The notes under the pieces: generated by a model
Told to the model about the DNA's origin: nothing
Databases searched by the model: none
The model's input: only the letters and a program-made list of their open reading frames with translations
Source: an uncultured Nitrososphaerales archaeon
GTDB taxonomy: Archaea; Thermoproteota; Nitrososphaeria; Nitrososphaerales; Nitrososphaeraceae
Assembly (NCBI GenBank): GCA_963713605.1
Contig: CAVQMO010000001.1
Coordinates: forward strand, 352,001-416,000
Reading direction: 5' to 3'
DNA: 64,000 nucleotides
Translations under genes and position numbers: made by a program
Part shown: piece by piece, positions 56,834 to 64,000 of the stretch
Numbering within the stretch: position 1 is the first letter of the stretch
Layout: every line of letters starts with the position of its first letter

Positions 56834-57557
56834 TGCAATGCATTAATCTGATGTACGACGGTCAATGTAACGGTTCACATGGCGTCAATGCAGTTATCAC
56901 CCTTGGAATCGACAATAGGTAAGATGTTGATTAGTAAACCGCTCAACTGAGACCGTGTCAAAATACAATCGAAATACTCTCCCGGTGTGTAAGAAAAAAT
57001 GCTATACAATCGAGCAAGATGAATAGATCTGTCATCATATCTGGGGTCTACTCTAGTGTATGGAACATGCCAAAATCTTGGAATAGGTATTCGTGATTAC
57101 TCAAGTATTCTTAGAAAAATTGGGAGAGCTATTGACAAACAAGAATGTCAGTTAGTACCGGCTAAGGATTGAAGATCCTGAAGAAAAAGTGAGTGAGACT
57201 ATTTCTGCTATCAATAATGAAATCGAGGAATTCTTACTCAACAATCCAAAAGAAAGTATCCTGGGGTTTTCAACTCTGAGAACTTTTCTTGAAAGCTACG
57301 TGATAATTACGATTAGAGACACCTATGCCTATTGTGGTAAATGGCTGCTCAAATATACGCGGTTGAATATCTTGTGGAATTACAGGTCCATCATCAACTA
57401 TTTCCACCATATGACTCCCCAGGTGCCGAGATTAGCGCTTCGAAAGTGATTATTTGGAGTTTATCACTAAGCATAAAAAACTGCTTTTCAAATTTGAAGT
57501 GTTAAACTTATCAATTAGCAAGCAAAAGACCATTTATATTATAATGGTTGATATAAA

Positions 57558-59325
57558 ATGTCCTTGTCAGCTTCCAATACTCCATCTTTTGATTCTGAGA
57601 AGACGGAGGTATTGTATGGCTTTGATATGACTACTCAGGTAATAATGAATTTTCTAAACAGCTCAGAGGTCTCGATGAATATTTGTGCAGACCACACTTG
57701 GCCATCAGTAGCAATGGGTGTGGAGGTATTTAGGAAGGGATTGTATGAACTTAAAACAAGAAGCGTCCAGTCACGATTTATAACGGATATTACGAAAGAG
57801 AATATTGAATATTGTAAGGAACTGATGCGAATATCAGAACTTCGTCACTTGGATGGAATTAAGGGTAATTTTGCAATAAGTGAGAAAGGATACACAGACT
57901 TCGGCTACATTGCGAGAAGCATCTCTACTACAACAAGTCATATACAGCAATGTTAGAGCGATTCTTGATCAGCAGCAATATGTTTTTGAAACTCTATGGA
58001 GTAAAGCAATACCTGCTGACCAAAAGATAAGAGGAATTGAAGAGGGGATTGAGTTAGGAAGGACAGACATAATCCAAAGTCCAAGAATGATACTTGATTT
58101 ATTCACAAATATGATAAAATCAGCTAAAACTGAAATATTGCTAATGCTTCCTACAATCAATGCCTTTCTCCGTGAGTATCGAATTGGGGTAATAGAACTT
58201 TTAAAGAAATCAGCGATAGAGAAGAATGTAAATGTGAGAATCATAACTCCCAGTAATGATGTTGTCGAAAAAATATTGCAAGATACAGAATCTACTTTAA
58301 CGGTGAGCGAAGAGCGGCCAGAAAACCAGAAAAAAGAGAAAGGTTTTGAAGTACAGCGTAGCAATATTCAATTCAAAGAGACAGCCGTAACTACAGTTAC
58401 TACATTAGTTGTTGACAGAAAAGAGTCGCTAGTAATAGAAAAGAAAGATGATTCAAAACTGAATTTTATAGAGGCAATAGGATTAACTACATATTCAAAC
58501 AGTGAACCAACAGTAATATCCTATGTTTCAATCTTTGAAGGCTTTTGGAAGCAGGGTGAACTGCTAAACCAGCTGGAAGCACATGATAAAATGCAAAGAG
58601 AATTTATCAATGTAGCTAGTCATGAAATGAAAACACCTACCCAAGCCATTCTTGGGACCAGTGGGCTATTGAAGTATTATCCAGAAAGAAGAGATGAATT
58701 AATAGAAATAATACAAAGAAACGCCAAAAGACTTCAGACACTCATTAATAATATACTGGATGTAACAAGAATTGAGAGTCAGACGCTAATACTAAATAAG
58801 GAACGATTTGACATACGTAATTTGGTATCTTCTGTGATAGAGGATTACAATGATAGGGCAAAAAATAGTAATATCCAATTAATCAACAAAAATAATAATA
58901 GTATTAATCCTATTTTCGTAGAAGCAGATAGGGATAGGATTGTCCAAGTTCTCTCCAATCTTTTAAGCAATGCTATCAAATTTACAAACCAGGGGAAAAT
59001 ATCCATTAATTTATTTGAAAAGATTCAAGAGGAGGAAAGTGGAAAAAAAGAAGTCATTGTAAGTGTAACTGATACAGGTAGTGGAATAAATAGTGAAATT
59101 TTTGGAAGGCTATTTTCAAAATTTGCTTCAAAGTCCTATCAAGGTACCGGTTTAGGATTATTCATTTGCAAAAGTATCATACACGCCCATGGGGGAAAGA
59201 TATGGGCTGAAAATAATAATAATAATAATAATAATAATATAGATGGAGTTGGAGATAAGAATAGTGGAGGGGCTACTATTACATTTAGTCTGCCTAGCGC
59301 CACCTTAGTGGATGGCGAAAATTAA
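57558..59325 (+). CDS. Cytoplasmic sensor histidine kinase (frameshift near 57897)
   Basis: H-box FINVASHEMKTP, N-box NLLSNAIKFT, DTGSGI and GTGLGL; N-terminal ELRHLDGIKGNF (PLD/TrmB-like) input domains. Confidence 0.93.
59212..59238 (+). repeat. (AAT)9 microsatellite encoding poly-Asn in the kinase ATPase domain
   Basis: Nine perfect AAT units. Confidence 0.95.
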
Positions 59326-59327
59326 CA

Positions 59328-59703
59328 ATGGATAATAACAGAATTTTAGTTGTTGATGATGAACCTGATCTTACTCAGGTTTCCACACTGGCTTTGGAGT
59401 ATCATGGATTCAAAGTTGATTCATTTAACGACCCGCAAGAAGCATTATCAAAGTACAAGCCTGGTTTGTATGATTTAGTTATACTTGATATAAAAATGCC
59501 CAAGATGGACGGCTTTGAATTATATCAGGAAATAAAAAAGAAAGATAACAACGCCAATGTTTGTTTTCTTACAGCAAGTGAACAATACTATGAAGAATTC
59601 AGGAAGAAAGAATATTGTGCGCTGGATAGAAATCTGTTTATAAGAAAGCCAATAGAAAACGAAGAGCTGAGTAAAGGAAATAAACAAAATGATTAAGAAA
59701 TAA
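59328..59703 (+). CDS. Single-domain response regulator (CheY-like; frameshift near 59670)
   Basis: ILVVDDE, LDIKMPKMDG, FLTA and KP motifs. Confidence 0.95.
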
Positions 59704-60305
59704 GATCAAAATATAGTATATGAGGGGCCAGTTTTTCTCAAAAGAATTTATTACGATTCCAGTCATAGGCATAGATAATATGGAATTTCTAGATGGTGTA
59801 ATAACCGGGATTAGGAACCTAGTGAGAATTCGCATGTATAAAAATGTATAACGTTGTTACCTCCCGTGCATACTAAGTAGATAGGTCACTATTCATAGTT
59901 GATTATTAAAGTCATGACCGGGTAAAATGAAGTCTAACACTTTTTCGCCAATTCGTAAATATCAATTATTGGTCGAGGGTCACTCCTAAAATTATTAGTT
60001 TCACTTCTTTGGTTACTGAAAAAAGGATTAGTTATGTTTTGCGGGTTGTAAGTTCGTGGACTGGATATGTGACATATTGTGCTGACCAGATTAGTACAGA
60101 TGTTTCTCACCAATCATTAATCAAAGTATGTGCGTCTTATATGGGTATGACCCCTGGAAAAATACTGCAGGCCACACTCGTGTAGACAGAATCAGGTTAG
60201 CGAATAGCCCTACTAGCGCGACACATAACATGTTGTCTCGATTATTACAGTAACGAGTCCGCAGAGTTAGAAGTTATATTAGCTAAAGTGAGATAACGAA
60301 CAGGT

Positions 60306-62598
60306 TTGAATCTAAACAGGATTCCTGAACCTCCATATGCCCTTGTAGTCTGCGAAAAGCCTTCTGTTGCGATCAGGATAGCACAGGCTTTAGGGACTTC
60401 GAGTTTCGCAAAAATTACAGGGCTAAAGAAAGATTTAGGTCATGCGGAAAAAAGAAAAAGCGGACTGCAATCAACAGTATTTTTTGCAGTCTCCCAAAAT
60501 GGTCAGAACTTTGTTGTGTGTTCTGGACTCGGTCATTTGTATGGATTGGTAGATGTGAACGGAAATAGAAGTGTATATCCAGTGTTTGATGTTAAATGGA
60601 CGCCAATATTAAGAAAAAGGAACGGAATGAGTCCAAAGACAGCAGTGGCTTCTGAACAAATAATCAAGTCTATATCCTTATTCTCTCAAAATGCTACGAG
60701 CTTTATTCATGCTTGCGATTATGACCAGGAAGGTGAAGTAATTGGATGCAACATTTTGGAATATGCATGCAATAACAAGTATGAGAGGTCATTAAGGGCC
60801 AAGTTTTCTACTCTCACGGATCAAGAAATTAGACATTCATTTGACAATCTTCAACCACCAAGCAAAAAATTAGCTGAAGCCGGAAAATCTCGACATCTGA
60901 TCGATTTTATCTATGGCGTCAACCTGTCGAGGGCACTTACACAAGCTTTTAAGAACAGTAACAATCGTAAAAAATACCTTAATTTATCAATAGGAAGAGT
61001 CCAAGGTCCAACTCTTGCTTTTGTAGTAGATAAAGAATTAATTATTAAAAACCATGTTCCAGTACCTTACTGGATTATATACGCAGAATTTGAAAAAGAT
61101 GGACACATAATTAAAGCACATTATTGCCGTCAGAAAATAGAAACCCTACCAGATGCCACTTCAATAATCCATGCCTGCTCAGGTCAAGTTGGGAGAGTTA
61201 CCGAAATTAAGAACCAAAAGTCCACTATTTATGCGCCACATCCTTTCAATCTGGGCGATCTGCAAATGGAAGCGTATAGAATATTTAAGTTCTCTCCAAG
61301 TTACACGTTATCCATCGCTGAGAAGCTGTACATCGCTGCGCTAATTTCATATCCACGAACTTCCAGTCAAAGGTTACCCTCATCAATAAATTACAGAAAA
61401 ATTATTTCAGACCTATCGAAGTTTAATCCTATTGCTCCTGAAGACAGAGTTAGTAATAGGTGGTCTAATGGACATCCTATTAGTGGTCCTTATAAAAAAT
61501 TAACTTCAAATCTGCTATTAAATGTAAAAGGTCTGTTCCCAAACGAAGGAAAAAAGACGGATTCAGCACACCCTGCGATATACCCAACAGGAGAAAAACC
61601 GAGAGGCAGCCTAAACGCAAGTGAATACAAACTATTCGATCTTATCATTAGGAGATTTTTGGCGACCTTCGGTCAGCCAGCGATAAGTGCAGCAAACAGT
61701 AGTGACCATTGTTGTCAAAGAAGAGCACCTTTTCAAAGCAGATACCGAAATGATGATAGTCGAAGGCTGGATGCACTTCTATGAACCATACATAAAAAGT
61801 AAGTTAGAAAAAGGCCCCCGATCCTATCTACATGATCTCCAAAGAGAGGATACATTGAAAAATGATACTGTTGCAATGATTGATAAATTTACTCAACCTC
61901 CTTCAAGATTCAATCAATCCAGCTTACTAGAAGAAATGGAATCGAAAAAAATTGGTACAAAAGCCACAAGGTCGGAAATCATCAGTACTTTGTTAAAAAG
62001 GAATTATGTTAGTAACGTTCGTTCTTCTAAAGACACCTCTCACTATAGACAGCACAATGGTTCTGGAGGTGGAATAGAAGCTACCGATCTTGGAGTTGAA
62101 ATAGTCGAATCGATGCGTCGGTACATACCGAACATAGTATCCTTAGATCTCAGCAGATCTATGGAAGAACTGCTTGAAGGGATCGCATTTGGCAATGGCA
62201 GTAGTGATTCTGTCATAAAGTATGCTAAGACCCAACTAAAAGAAGCAATCATTCCTTTTAAGGAAAAGGAAATTGAGATAGGCAATCGGATTACAGATGC
62301 AATAAATATTACTAAGAGCAAACAACAGATGATCATTGGGGTCTGTCCTGTTTGTGGCAACGGAAGCCTGAAAATTATAAGATCGGGTAAAACTAAGAAG
62401 AGGTTTGTAGGGTGTTCTAATTACATATCTGGCACGTGCAAGGCAACGGCTCCCTTACCGCAGGATGGGATAATAAGATCCACAGGCAAGAATTGTTCTT
62501 CGTGTCGATGGCCAATGCTTGAGAACTCCTATCCTCATGGGTCAAAATATCGTTGGAAATTTTGTATTAATATAAATTGTTCTTCCAAGAAAAAATAG
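60306..62598 (+). CDS. topA: Type IA DNA topoisomerase (frameshift near 61690)
   Basis: Toprim EKPS and DYDQEGE, SIGRVQGP, catalytic ISYPRT, AHPAIYPT and IGTKATR; C-terminal Cys4 zinc ribbons. Confidence 0.95.
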
Positions 62599-62899
62599 TT
62601 GTACCCACGAATATTACGGTTGTGAATCGTTTATCTCATGAAGAAAAATAGCTAATTTGACTCTCCGCAAGGTTTGAGAAGTATAACCATTTCCCGTTAT
62701 CTACCTTTATACTTTTTCAGACCCGTACATAATGCTCGAGCCTGACTTTTGTGTCTGGGAGATCATGTTGGCAACGCTTGATCAAAGAAAGAATCACGTA
62801 GTAAGCCTGAACGATGTTTTGTATCTGTCAGATTCAAAAGGCTTGGGTTCATTGGCGAAGCAAAAGCGTTTATATCCTTTCAGTCTTAACCCTGATGGA

Positions 62900-63304
62900 T
62901 TGAAAACAAAAATATTTGTGAACTTACCAGTAAAAGAGCTCAATAAATCGGTAGCTTTCTTTACCAAACTTGGTTTCACTTTTAACCCTCAGTTTACTGA
63001 TGAGAATGCAACCTGTATGATTGTTGGAGAAGATATATTCGTGATGTTATTGGTTGAGAAATTTTTCAAGGGTTTTACCAAAAAGGAGATCTGTGATACA
63101 TCAAAAAGCACAGAGGCGATATTGGCATTATCTGTCGAATCACGAGATCAAGTTGATCAGATGATAAACAAAGCAATAGAGGCCGGAGGCAGTGAACCTA
63201 GGGAAAAGCAGGACCATGGATGGATGTACGGGCGTAGCTTTGAGGATGTAGACGGGCATCTGTGGGAAGTGTTCTTCATGGATGAAAGCGCAATAAAAAA
63301 ATAA
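62900..63304 (+). CDS. VOC/glyoxalase-family protein
   Basis: IFVNLPVK.L.KS..FF..LGF and MYGRSFEDVDGHLWEV; TTG start 31 nt after TTTATA. Confidence 0.93.
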   Translation: MKTKIFVNLPVKELNKSVAFFTKLGFTFNPQFTDENATCMIVGEDIFVMLLVEKFFKGFTKKEICDTSKSTEAILALSVESRDQVDQMINKAIEAGGSEPREKQDHGWMYGRSFEDVDGHLWEVFFMDESAIKK

Positions 63305-63608
63305 AGTCGCCAAAATCGATTCTGTAGAGATCAATTGGAGCGTTCAAGCTACGCTCTTTCAGTGAAGGTATTATAATATTCTTTAGTGGGAAGAATATCC
63401 ATGACCAGATTTCGATGAATTTACCGAATTCCATCCTCTGGTAAAGTCATCGCTGGTTAACGATCTTGCAGTAAGAGAACGTTGCTACAATGGCGAGGAC
63501 AGAAATTATCATTTGATATTTGTACGAATTATCCCAAATTGAATTAAACTGAATTCCGTAAGGTTGCTATAGCTGCTTGGATTAACCTTAGACTGAATGA
63601 CCCTGTTA

Positions 63609-64000
63609 TCAGGGGGTTCTTAGTGCCACAGCGATATCTCTTTCAGAGATCGGTCCATTCCTTATAACGGTTAGAGTTTCATCGTCATTTTCTGGGCGTA
63701 TTATCGTAGAATGAGAATATCTATTTAATGTACCGCCATCCAGCAATGCGTCGAAGCTCGCCAGTGAGGTAGATTTGATTTGGGATGGACTTTTTACTGA
63801 TACGTGACCGGAAATGTTAGCGCTAGTTCCAACCAAGTAGCGAGTCAATTTGAGGAGCGCAAGGGTGCATGGATTGCCTGGTATTCTGACTGCCAAAGAT
63901 GACTTATTAGCAGTCAACCTTGGAAAGATGTTCTTGTTAGATAGAGGGCAAATAATTGTTAGAGGACCAGGCCAAAATGATCTCAGCTAACCTCTTGACC
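63609..64000 (-). CDS. sua5: Threonylcarbamoyl-AMP synthase Sua5/TsaC, 3' part (runs off window end)
   Basis: FWPGPLTII, LAVRIP, GTSANISG, LDGG, STII and IRNGPI motifs. Confidence 0.92.

Noticed and set aside
57189..57449. 86-aa ORF in the island as an intact gene
   Set aside because: The coding-like frame extends upstream through a stop codon and no family is recognisable; probably a degraded fragment.
200..62000. Programmed ribosomal frameshifting in the split genes
   Set aside because: Breaks occur at arbitrary positions in unrelated genes with no consistent slippery site or stimulatory structure.
62732..62899. N-terminal extension of the VOC protein in the ORF track
   Set aside because: Family similarity begins at the TTG at 62900, which has a properly spaced TATA box.
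53..63334. Numerous 60-155 aa ORFs antisense to or overlapping recognised genes (e.g. 525..929, 14365..14715, 29293..29757, 43937..44374)
   Set aside because: They are shadow ORFs of well-supported genes and lack recognisable motifs.
1..64000. CRISPR array or cas genes
   Set aside because: No regularly spaced 24-40 bp repeats and no Cas-like ORFs were seen.
56589..64000. attR copy of the tRNA-Pro 3' end
   Set aside because: No second GGTTCGAATCCCACTGGCCCC-like sequence was found by eye, so island boundaries remain inferred.

Overview
Chromosomal window from an ammonia-oxidising-type archaeon, most likely Nitrososphaerales. The assignment is inferred from archaeal Spt5, uL11, eS17, RFC, DtdA, Cgi121 and Sua5, a BHB-intron tRNA, and gene families expanded in this lineage; no amo genes are in the window. 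In order, it contains: the end of a phosphate cluster (pstB, phoU, AbrB-PhoU, HAD nucleotidase, sixA, ppx); uppP, nadE, rfcS, rpl11-spt5 and dtdA; a redox and secreted-protein region (rhodanese-MBL, trxA, DsbA); leuA; a MarR-MFS pair with a visible operator; a radical SAM / membrane protein / HNH cluster; a 39.9-43 kb accessory patch with unannotated micro-proteins, a 130-bp duplication and a candidate structured RNA; further housekeeping genes; and tRNA-Pro(GGG) with a non-canonical 29/30 intron. The tRNA is followed by an integrase remnant and a probable island carrying a two-component system and a type IA topoisomerase. About 20 genes, including essential ones, carry single-base frameshifts, which most likely reflects sequencing or assembly indel error. 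All functional calls come from motif recognition by eye; no database searches were run.
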